A stretch of DNA of 63,455 nt, counting the filler, from Globobulimina sp. (Eukaryota), in assembly GCA_003354225.1 (NCBI GenBank). It is 13 parts of 13 records of this genome, joined end to end, with 100 filler letters (N's around TTAATTAATTAA, not from the genome) between each part and the next. Parts side by side here need not be neighbours in the genome. Positions count along the whole stretch, not along the records: positions 53,796 to 58,575 come from PIVH01000927.1; positions 58,676 to 63,455 come from PIVH01000928.1; 11 more parts are not named here. One strand, 5' to 3'. Position 1 is the first letter of the stretch. Each line of letters opens with the position of its first letter. The translations under genes were made by a program, and so were the position numbers. Below the pieces are notes generated by a model. That model saw only the letters and a list, made by a program, of their open reading frames with translations. It did not search any database and was not told the origin of the DNA. Of the stretch, positions 53,796-63,455 are shown in pieces.

Positions 53796-56700
53796 TTGGC
53801 TCATATTTTTTGCATGATTTGGATGGTCGGGATCAATGGTTTGGGAACTTCTCATTTGTTTTAATTTATTTTGTTTCACTTTTTGAAATTCCTGTTGTAT
53901 TTTATTTAGATCTGATTCCTGTAAAATATCTAATTTATTTTTTTGAATATATTCAATGTGAGATTTCTTTTCTTGTAATTTTTTTTTATACCTTTTTATA
54001 GTTTCAATATATCTTTGTTTATACAATTGATATACATCGGGATGTCTTTTCCAATATCCCTCTCTGCGCTCCTCCCGTTCGTTGACAATGTCCTTATAAT
54101 ATTTCTCCACCACACCCGACTTATAATCGTCTATACATTCAAACAAATCGACGTTCCAAAAATACCTCTCCTCATTGTTAAACTGCACAGAATAAAAGAG
54201 TTTCAGCTCCTGTTCGTTGTCCAAGTCGCCAAACCAGCGAATAAAGGCATGCGTCCGTATCCGAGTCTCCATCCACGTGTCTTTTAGGACTTGTTGCATG
54301 GCCTCATGTACGCTGCTGTTGCACTGCACGATCCTCTCATGTAACCAGAAATGATCACGAAACCACTCTTCAATGCTAAAAAAATAGCACCGCAAGATGT
54401 GATTCTTATGAATATACCAATCCGAGCGATCACGATATAAATCATTCTCTAAGTCGCTAAAATCTTGTTTCTTATAATTAAATATATAATTCGTCGGTGC
54501 GTTGTGCAGAACATCGCGACCCACCGTCTCTACCAATTTCACAAAGGGTCGCAATTTGCTGCTCACTTCTACATCAAATGTGGCTTGCAATGTAATCATT
54601 TCTTCGTCGCGCTTTTCCACCAACTCTCTTTGTCGAGAAATGTCGATTTGTAATCGGCCAATCTCTTCCGATAACTGCGCTTTCTCTCGCAATAACTTCT
54701 TGATTTGCTGCTGAGTCTGATCCGAGGCCATTTTCATTTTTTTATATTGCATGCGGGCCTCTTTTAATTCTTGACTCGGCTCATAATAGCCGGCGTATAT
54801 GGCTTGCGGGTCAATGGGCCCTTTGTGATTGCTCATATGTTGCTGTTGGTGGCCTTGCTTCGCATACATATCATCATTGCCGTCATTCTCGCTGTTCTCT
54901 TGCTTATATTTTGCAAACTCATTCGCTAACTCTTTATATAATAACTGAGACTCTTTTAATTGTCCGCTTAAATTGGACTTTTCTTTGCGAATCTCATTGG
55001 TGCGTTGCATATATTTTTGTTGCGCCTCCATAGTTTCGTCCATACGGTTTTGCATATTTTTTAATTCATTTTTTAAGTGTTTCATCTCTTTCTCGTACTC
55101 AATCCTTTCTTTTTCAATGTCTTCGTGGAGCTCTTCCATTTTCTCAGCAAATTGTTTGGTTAAAATCTCTTTTTCAGATTCTAATTCCTCCTCTAATTGT
55201 TCTTGCATTTTTTCATGTGCTTCATCCTCTAAATGTTGTTTGTATATTTCTAGAGATTTGGCAATCTCTTCGTTGATAATCTGTTCCTCCATTTCGACCT
55301 TATTCTTATTCATCTTATCCTCATACTTGGCTTTGGCCAAAACCATCTCATGCTTTTTCAAACTGTATTCTTCAATTTCTTCCTTAATTTGACTCCTCAT
55401 CGACATGGCTTGATCCATGATCTCATTGCCGCGTAACTTGGTTTGTTCAAAGAGCTTTTTAATCATTCGTTTCTGTCGTAATATCTCCAATTTCTCCTCT
55501 CGTAAATCTCTGCGAATCTCCATCTCTTCGCGGCGACTGTCACGATACATTTGTAACCGATATTTGTCGATTAATCCCATCTCTTTTTGTTTGCCTTTTA
55601 AGTTATGCAATTGTGATTTTTTCGCATTGATTTGGTCGATATACGATTGTAATTTTAATTGCAACGATATCTCGGTGGCTTTCCCTAAAGTATTGATGAT
55701 GAGCGGTTGTTTTATATCTTTGATGATATTGTTTAATTCGTCTCGCTCCCATTTAGCAAATGATAGTTGGACATTTAAGTTTGTATTTGCGCGATATAAA
55801 CGCAACAATTCCTCATATCCAAATCCTAACTGCTGCTCTAATTCATTGTCATTATCCTCCCCGTCATTTAACAGGAAATCAGGGATCTCATCATCATCAA
55901 TTTTAGGGATATCATCCACTGACTTATATTCTAAGATGGATTTAAGTGCCTTCATTTGCAACTTTTCCTTTTGCGAATACAATTTCTTTTCATATTTAAT
56001 AGTTTTTTTTAAAGTGTTGCTGTCTGGTAAATAATTATTTAAATTTATATGTTTATCTGCCGACACAATATCTATTTCCAAATCCTTTTCATCCTCATCC
56101 TCATCCTTCTCCTCCTCGTCCTCCTCCTCCTCGTCGTGGTGGTCCTGGTCGTCTTGTTGTTGCTCTTCCACTTTTACCATATCTTTTAGTTTGATGCCCA
56201 ATTTCTTCTTTAATTGGCCCCTTAATTGGCTAACAACGGCTTCCTGCTGCAAGAATTTGCCCAATGCAATGAGTAATCGCTCCCGCTCGTCAATGGCGGC
56301 CTGTTTCTCTCGAAAGGCCGTATCTTTTGTATGTTGCAACAGTTTCTCTAATTCGTTTGCTTTTAGTTTAGATTTTCGAATTTCAGCTTCAAAATTGGCT
56401 TTCTGTAAATCTAACTGCGTCGCCAGCTCCTCCACCGGCATCAGTTGATACGTATCTTTCTTATTGGAAGCAATCTGCCCAAATAAGGCAAACACAGTCT
56501 TTTCCAGCTTCAACAATCGTTGCGATATTATTTTCTGTAAACAATCATCCAGAGAGCCAACAGATTTCTTAATTAATTCCATATCCCCAATAATTGATTC
56601 TATGTCGTCCTTATCCATGCCGTCAATGCCTTGGATACCATACTCACTCTGTACACCATCCATTAGTTTGTTTGGATCAAATTCAAAGGCCATCAATGAC

Positions 56701-58169
56701 TTATTATTTGTATGCATTGCTTTATGAAATGGATAATGGACAGATTTTGCCGAATTTAATCGTGAATATCGATTGGTATTTGCCGTACTTGGACGCGATC
56801 CATTGATGGCCACATGAGACATTTGTGTGTTGGTATCGATATTATTCAAATACGACTCCAAATCTTGTAATTTTTGCGTTAAATTGGCGCCAGACTGAGC
56901 CGAGAGCAATTTATTGGTATTATTGATGGTATGATTCATTCGGGTTAATTGGGCAGATATCTCTTTGGCCACTTGGTGCGACGCATGAATGGCAGATTTA
57001 TTTAGCACATTATTAATGTCCTCGCCTAAGGATTGCACCGACGACTTAGCAATGCCATTGATGGCGTCTTGTAATAGCACCACATTATTCATACCAGAGA
57101 CTAAGTCCTCATTCTTGTACTTACTCCGCAATGTCTCCTCAATGTATGATATTTTATTATATAATTTATATAAGGATTCTTCTTGAATTTGTAAACTATC
57201 CGATAGCATATTAGCCATTGGGTTGTTTTTCGCTATTTTAACATTATCATAACTACCTTTGATGGAACTTCGCCGTTTGGTCTCTGCTGAACCGGATGAT
57301 TTGTCCTTAAATAATGGTCGGTGTGGTGGTACGGCCGCAGTGGTAACGGCTCTGGCCCTGCTGGCTGGAACTTAGATATATATATTTATATATATATAGA
57401 ATATTATTTGTATCAATGTGCAAGGATAGTATAGTCAATATATACATATACATGGAGTAGGATCAAATACAGCATCGGCATCATCATCGTCATCATCCGC
57501 TCCATCATCATCATATTCTTCTTCTTCATCCTCCTTAATAACGGGGCCCGATGTCAGTTTCCTTATTGGTTTGGTCATACCAGCTTGTGCTTCATTAGTC
57601 GGTGAGGTATTATTTGTATTGCTATTCGTGTTGGCATTGGCATTGGCATTGGCATTGACATTAAATATGGCAGTCGATATTTGATTTTTTTGTAAGAATG
57701 AGATCATAGATTTTTTAGCAACGGCTTTTTTTCTTTCAACGCCTCGGGCAGATTGTTCAAATTCATATAATAATCCACCAACCACCTGATCCATGGTCAA
57801 ACCTTTAAATTTAGACTGTCCATCGCGTAGTGCATAAAACATTGCATTCCAACCAACCTCATTTGTAGCATCTTCATCTAACATTAGAAAAAATTCCACT
57901 GTTCGTTTCTCATTTAATTTTATACTTAAAGTCTCTAAAACAGATGGAAACTGCTCCAATGTACAACAATTTTTACCGCCAGTTGCCATCGAAAATGCTG
58001 TACGTACATCGCCAACTTGTATTAATTCTATAATTCCATCTGATGATGAACCTGAACCACTGTTATCTTCGTCATTGTCTTCCATTGTTGATGAACCACT
58101 GTTATCTTCATCTCCCTCTTCTGACGAGGAACCGCTGTTATCTGTTGATTCATCCTCAGAGTCACTCAT
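53796..58169 (-). CDS. Long coiled-coil protein with N-terminal EF-hand-like pair; intron 57371-57451; 3' truncated
   Basis: FLMLDEDATNEVGW is an EF-like loop. Splicing joins 58169-57452 in frame to the >1100-aa E/K/Q-rich ORF. Confidence 0.7.
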
Positions 58170-58799
58170 GCTTTTTAATTCGCAAAAATACAGTATGTCT
58201 AACAAAAACGATAGGAAATAAAAACGATAGCAACTATATATAAAATAAAAATACATTTATAAAACAAATAATTAACCAAACACCAGAACAGAAATTACAA
58301 AATTACTTTATATGTCACTAATAATAAAACATTGCTAATTAAAAAAGAAAAAAAGGAAAAATAAAAATATATAGACATAAAATATAGAAATATAAAGATA
58401 TAATATTAATTTAATAATAAATTGAATTATGTTTTTGTAATGAAGCGGTAGTTGTATCTTTAATTATTTTTTTAGTTATTTTTGTGTTGTTTGGCAATCC
58501 TAAATCTTGTATGATTTCGTTAGGCCGAATCATTAAACCTTTACCATATTTGCATGAAAAATATCGTATTCCATCNNNNNNNNNNNNNNNNNNNNNNNNN
58601 NNNNNNNNNNNNNNNNNNNTTAATTAATTAANNNNNNNNNNNNNNNNNNNNNNNNNNNNNNNNNNNNNNNNNNNNTTTTCAGCTTCAGAGCTTTTTCTAA
58701 CATTTTTTTCTTAACTTAATGTATAAAAACCAAGTGTAATTGACACAAAATGTACAGTTGGAACAGGCCTTATTAAGGATCAGCCACTATTTGCGATCC

Positions 58800-59497
58800 A
58801 GAAATGCGAATTTTTGCGCGATATACCAATTATAGCAGGAACAAATAAAGACGAAGGCACACTATTTCTTTATAGAGCCTTTCCAAACGCAATAAGCAAA
58901 TTAGAATACGAAGCGTTGTTAGCACTTGTTTTTAATAATGTACACACTGCATCGGCTATAATCCAATATTATAGCAGTTATAATATAACAAATCAGTCAG
59001 ATTATCGAGGTCTAATGGCGGAAATTACAACTGACGCTTTTTTTCGCTGTCCAACACATAATGTATCAAATGTGATTGCATTGGATAAAAGTTATAAATC
59101 ATTGAATTATATGTATCATTTTAATCATATTTCAAGTTTTAATCATGAGGCCTTTCCAAATGATCCACATTGTTGGAATAGCGTATGTCACGGGGTTGAG
59201 TTGCCGTATGTATTTGAGCCAGATATGTCTATAGCGAATACAAGTTATACTCCAAGTGAATGGCAATTAGCACAAACTGTGGGATATTATTGGTCCTCAT
59301 TGGCAAAGTATAAAATAGCTGGAAATGGTAACCCCAAACGACCTGTTCAATGGCTACCATTTGGTGGTGGCGCCAAACAAAACAGTCTCATGTTCAATGT
59401 GCAAAATGTTAATAATGGTACTAGAATTGAATCAAATTATGATTTGCCAGTTTGTGATTTCTGGGATACATTGAGTTATAATTGGGTTCCAAATTAA
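58800..59497 (+). CDS. Type B carboxylesterase/cholinesterase family, C-terminal exon (5' missing)
   Basis: IPIIAGTNKDEG (catalytic Glu), TDAFFRCP, YMYHF, VCHGVELPYVF (catalytic His), YW..AK.GN and CDFW. Confidence 0.9.
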
Positions 59498-59876
59498 CTA
59501 CACTCAGATTGAATTGTTTTGTTTTTACATTTTTATTTAAAATTGCATGTTTTGTACATGTTCTAAAGGAAAACGTACACAAGCAATACTTTTGTATATA
59601 TTACTGTATCTTAATCATAAAATACTGTAGATCTGCGCAATAATCTCAAGGTAGATGCGATTAGAAAACTTCGTAAGTGTGTATTGCTATTGCAAGAATT
59701 CTATTTTAGTATTCTTGTGTATTGAGTTGAAATGTTTTCACAAAAAAAAAAAAAAAAACTACTATAATACTATTATTTAGTTTATTTTGATTGAACAGAT
59801 TCACGTGAAATGTAAGATTGAGCAGTTTAAATATTATATAGAACTGGAACAAGATAAAACTACAATTATATATAAT

Positions 59877-61376
59877 TCATAAAATATTGAATTCATGTTG
59901 TAATTTTTCATGCAATTTCTTTGAAGAATAATGAGTTGGGAATATTTGTAATGATTTCAATATTTTTTGCAATGATGATTGGCAATTTCCGACATTATAA
60001 TGAGCCAAAGCAGAGTTATACAATGGTTCATATAAAAAATCCGAGATATTATGTGAAGTATCAAAATGTACAATTGCTTTATCATACTTTTTATTTAATT
60101 TATATTCCAAAATAGCTAAATTATTCCAAGCTTCACCATGATTCGGATTGGCTGCAATTGCAATTTTTAAAGCTTTATAAGCAAATGATAAGTCCCCACA
60201 AGATATTAACACAATGGATATATTATACCAAATATCGGCCAATAAAATATCATCGTTTGCACACAAACTCAAAGCCTGCTTAAAACATTGCAATACAATG
60301 TCATATTGTTTGCAATAATAGGAACATAATGCGATATTATTCCACAGCTCGCTGTTTTGTATACCAATCTGTAGCAATCTTTTATAAAATTGTAGTGCTA
60401 TCTCATACTGTTCCAAATAAAAGTATTGCGAACCGAGACATGCCATTGCCTCAATGTTAGATGATTCATACTTCAATACATCTTTATATAAATACGTAGA
60501 TGTTTGAGTATCATTTAATAACTCATAAATTCTTGCTTTCCCCAAAATAAATGATATATCATTACAGTTTAATTTATTTAAGCCTGTATTATAACAATTA
60601 ATCGCGTTTTTGGGTTGATCCAATTTTATATAAATCTTGCTTAAGTACAAATAGATTGGGATCGAGGATATATTCAATCCGTCGTTTTTCAAACAACTTT
60701 TAAACTGTTTTTCCGAATCTCGGTACATTCCAAGCGAATAATAGCATTGACCGAGGCGTAATTTATAAAAATAATCTTTGAATTTAAAATATTTTGTAGA
60801 TAACGAACATAACTCTAAACATTTGCGAATATTCTTTTCAGAATAAAATAAAAAATTTATCAATAATTTCGATAATATGCTATCTCGGAAAAATTTATGC
60901 AAATTTAATGAATCCGGATTTATAAATTTATCAGAATCACACAACATTGATTGCGTTCCTAATCGCAATAATCTGCCATTCATTGTCAATGGTCGAGAGG
61001 TGTTGCTATTATTTGAATTGTTCAATGATTGGGTGGATGGTCGAGTAAATCCAGTGATTGGTCGATTTAATCCAGACATTGGTCGCATACTTTTAGATAA
61101 TCCAGACATTGGTCGTCCTGATGTCGATGGCATATTTAACGATGTCCCAGGTCTTGGCAATGATGCCATTGTTTCTTCATTCACCACAATATCACCCAAC
61201 GTTTCTTCCTCCATATCACAGTCATCAATATAGTCATTCTCGGTGATTGCGCGGGTTTTAATAAACCAAGCTGCTTTATCGTATGGATTTTTCTCTAAAA
61301 TCTCCGTACATATTTCAATACATTCATCGAACCTGCGTCGACGTAATTTACTCTGTGCTAACCATAAAGAATCCAT
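59877..61376 (-). CDS. BBS8: Bardet-Biedl syndrome protein 8 (TTC8), BBSome TPR subunit
   Basis: RRRRFDECIEICTEILEKNPYDKAAW, LPRPGTSL, RPITGFTRP, GRLLRLGTQSM and TPR repeats. Confidence 0.95.
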   Translation of the reverse strand: MDSLWLAQSKLRRRRFDECIEICTEILEKNPYDKAAWFIKTRAITENDYIDDCDMEEETLGDIVVNEETMASLPRPGTSLNMPSTSGRPMSGLSKSMRPMSGLNRPITGFTRPSTQSLNNSNNSNTSRPLTMNGRLLRLGTQSMLCDSDKFINPDSLNLHKFFRDSILSKLLINFLFYSEKNIRKCLELCSLSTKYFKFKDYFYKLRLGQCYYSLGMYRDSEKQFKSCLKNDGLNISSIPIYLYLSKIYIKLDQPKNAINCYNTGLNKLNCNDISFILGKARIYELLNDTQTSTYLYKDVLKYESSNIEAMACLGSQYFYLEQYEIALQFYKRLLQIGIQNSELWNNIALCSYYCKQYDIVLQCFKQALSLCANDDILLADIWYNISIVLISCGDLSFAYKALKIAIAANPNHGEAWNNLAILEYKLNKKYDKAIVHFDTSHNISDFLYEPLYNSALAHYNVGNCQSSLQKILKSLQIFPTHYSSKKLHEKLQHEFNIL

Positions 61377-61454
61377 TTTCACTCAAAAACATGAATCTTT
61401 TGCAGTAGTAAAGATACTAAATATATTAGTTTATTTAAGAAATTTTACAAAACG

Positions 61455-63383
61455 TCATAACATCCTATTTGCGATTCTAGACACAAGATAAGCGCCGTAA
61501 TACAGACACTTTTGAAACACCGATCTATCATTCCGTACATTTTCAATTTTTATTTCCTTGCTGCGTTGCTGATCAATAATAAATTGCTCATGCACTGATT
61601 TCGCCACTTTATCATCGACGATCATTAAATTCATTTCCAGATTTTTTGTATGACTCCAATCGTCCCAATTAAATGAACCTAAACTCACAAACACATCATC
61701 AATCAAACACATTTTCGCATGTAATATATTTGCACACTCATCACTATGATCGCCCTCATACTCAAACAAACGAATATTATCTTGACTTAAGAGCTCCTCA
61801 TAAATATGTCGCGACGCCATACTCATAAATGGCACATCACTTTGATCGCAAGTTATTACTCGTACATCCACGCCACGTTCCGATGCATTTCGCAGCCTTT
61901 TCTTCAACTTTACCGGCGGCAAAAAGTATGGATTCATTATAAATATATGACTCACCGCATTATCAATGCCATTCATCAAAGCCTTTTGAATCAGTCGGAA
62001 CCTTTTATCCCGATAGGATTCCAACACTTGAATGTACAAATTATTTGTTTCACTTTCATTCATTTTACTTTTAACACCGGAGCCGGTTCCAAATGAATAT
62101 GAAAAATTGTTTGTTTGTTGCGCTTCATCCATCAAATTGGACAACGCACTGACTTCCAACATTGATTTATTTTGTATTTTATTGTCCAGCTCACGTTGTT
62201 CATCATAATATTGCATCCATTCCGACACTGATTTTCGCGGCGAAGATGCCAATATTTTGAGCCTATTTTTATATGTTTCATCATGTATATTCCTATTACT
62301 TTTATTTTTTTTCCATGTTTCATGCCAACTTTTTTTCCTCACAGTTCCAAAAGCAATCATCTCTTCATTGTCAGATAAATTATCACTGTCATCAGTATTG
62401 TCCAGCTCTGACATCGATTCTTTTTCTATGTTTGCTTTTTTATATGAATATTTTTTCAAAAATCCAGGCAATATTTGATACGGAAATAGTCTCTGCGTCC
62501 CATTAACATTCAACCCATCGTCGTCAAGTTCATTTTCATCGTCGTCCAAATCATCGTCCTCCTCCATAAATTGTGTGGGAGGCAATGTTGGATTTATATC
62601 CAACACACTGAAATACAAAGATTCCTTCAAATATCGGACAATGTCCCCTTGTAATCTGGTGTGTGTATCTCTAAATTTATTGATTCCGCCATCAATGTCC
62701 AAGCCACAATACTCGCCGCTCATATTCATGCCGCCCGTATAGCCATATTTGTCATCGATAACAATGATTTTTTTATGGTTTCTATAAGCAAAAATGAATG
62801 GAAACTGCTGTTTTAAAAACATGAATTCAAAAAAACGAGAAACTTTCACTTTATTATATTCCAACACCACTGCTCCAGCGCGACGAAGTTCATTTAAATA
62901 CTCATTGTTATCAACTTTCATTTTGGAGCTGCCGAAGCTGTCAACAATTAATGTGACGGATACACCGCGCAATGAAGCGTCGGTTAATAATTTTATGGTT
63001 TTAATAGCAATTTTATCAGGTTCCATAATGTAGGTTTCCATTAAAATTTGTTCCTCAGCGTTGCTAATGTCGTTCCATAGTTGTTGGAAAAATAACTCTC
63101 CGCGATGATAAATTTCAATTTTATTATTCATGCAAACGTTTCCTAAGCGTAACAGCTTTTTCTTTGTGAACAAAATCCATTTTGATTTGAGAATATCGTC
63201 GTCGTTCATATCTTGCAATAGATATTTTGATAAATAATCAGAATCAATGTCGGTGGATTGGAACAGAGAAACGCCGGAGGTTCGAGCATCAAACCATACG
63301 TTTTTTAATTTGGTCCATTTATTTTGAAGTGAGCTCGAATGAGACCATTGATGTGATAATACACTTGATTTTTTGGCTTCCAT
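61455..63383 (-). CDS. Phospholipase D-type (bacterial-like) cardiolipin synthase
   Basis: METYI..D, VDSFGS, RNHKKIIVIDD..TGGMN, RDTH, NPYFLP, RGVDVRVI, LHAKMCLIDD..GSFNWD..S..NLE: two HKD motifs. Confidence 0.88.
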   Translation of the reverse strand: MEAKKSSVLSHQWSHSSSLQNKWTKLKNVWFDARTSGVSLFQSTDIDSDYLSKYLLQDMNDDDILKSKWILFTKKKLLRLGNVCMNNKIEIYHRGELFFQQLWNDISNAEEQILMETYIMEPDKIAIKTIKLLTDASLRGVSVTLIVDSFGSSKMKVDNNEYLNELRRAGAVVLEYNKVKVSRFFEFMFLKQQFPFIFAYRNHKKIIVIDDKYGYTGGMNMSGEYCGLDIDGGINKFRDTHTRLQGDIVRYLKESLYFSVLDINPTLPPTQFMEEDDDLDDDENELDDDGLNVNGTQRLFPYQILPGFLKKYSYKKANIEKESMSELDNTDDSDNLSDNEEMIAFGTVRKKSWHETWKKNKSNRNIHDETYKNRLKILASSPRKSVSEWMQYYDEQRELDNKIQNKSMLEVSALSNLMDEAQQTNNFSYSFGTGSGVKSKMNESETNNLYIQVLESYRDKRFRLIQKALMNGIDNAVSHIFIMNPYFLPPVKLKKRLRNASERGVDVRVITCDQSDVPFMSMASRHIYEELLSQDNIRLFEYEGDHSDECANILHAKMCLIDDVFVSLGSFNWDDWSHTKNLEMNLMIVDDKVAKSVHEQFIIDQQRSKEIKIENVRNDRSVFQKCLYYGAYLVSRIANRML

Positions 63384-63455
63384 TTCATCAATGAAATGTT
63401 TGTCAAAGTGTTGATTGTGGCTATGGATTTTGTTGGGATTAGATCTAGATTTGGG

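Noticed and set aside
54973-56727. Plus-strand Ser/Phe/Ile-rich ORFs and similar short shadow ORFs throughout
   Set aside because: They are antisense shadows of E/K-rich coding sequence and carry no motifs.
4798-58675. Regularly spaced TTAATTAATTAA repeats as a biological array or CRISPR
   Set aside because: They sit inside N runs and are artificial contig linkers. No CRISPR repeat-spacer array or cas gene was seen.

Overview
This window is not one locus. It is 13 unrelated contigs of about 4.8 kb, sorted by decreasing length and joined by 100-nt N spacers carrying TTAATTAATTAA (4798-4897, 9694-9793, 14589-14688, 19483-19582, 24374-24473, 29264-29363, 34154-34253, 39043-39142, 43930-44029, 48815-48914, 53696-53795, 58576-58675), so adjacency across spacers is meaningless. 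The DNA is from an AT-rich, gene-dense microbial eukaryote with short GT-AG introns (53-117 nt where mapped) and the standard code. Foraminifera/Rhizaria is my best guess (inference only). Recognisable genes: RPB9, a compact PI3-kinase, U2AF65-like, G-alpha, ubiquitin-L40, ABCB half-transporter, glycosyltransferases, rhomboid, DUF229, WSC protein, papain-like protein, arylsulfatase, carboxylesterase, BBS8 and PLD-type cardiolipin synthase. Highlights: (1) an HDAC6-type ubiquitin-binding zinc finger fused to an apparently intact ADP-ribosylglycohydrolase; (2) a divergent Neptune-like Penelope retroelement with large inserts, an extra zinc finger and a minimal hammerhead ribozyme; (3) a contig that closes into a 4,676-bp circle or tandem unit carrying a secreted Asp/Trp-repeat protein and a D-armless tRNA-like element; (4) a strongly divergent ubiquitin; (5) a >1,360-aa orphan ORF next to a 130-bp inverted repeat and an H2B fragment. 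All family calls come from recognising motifs by eye; no searches were run.
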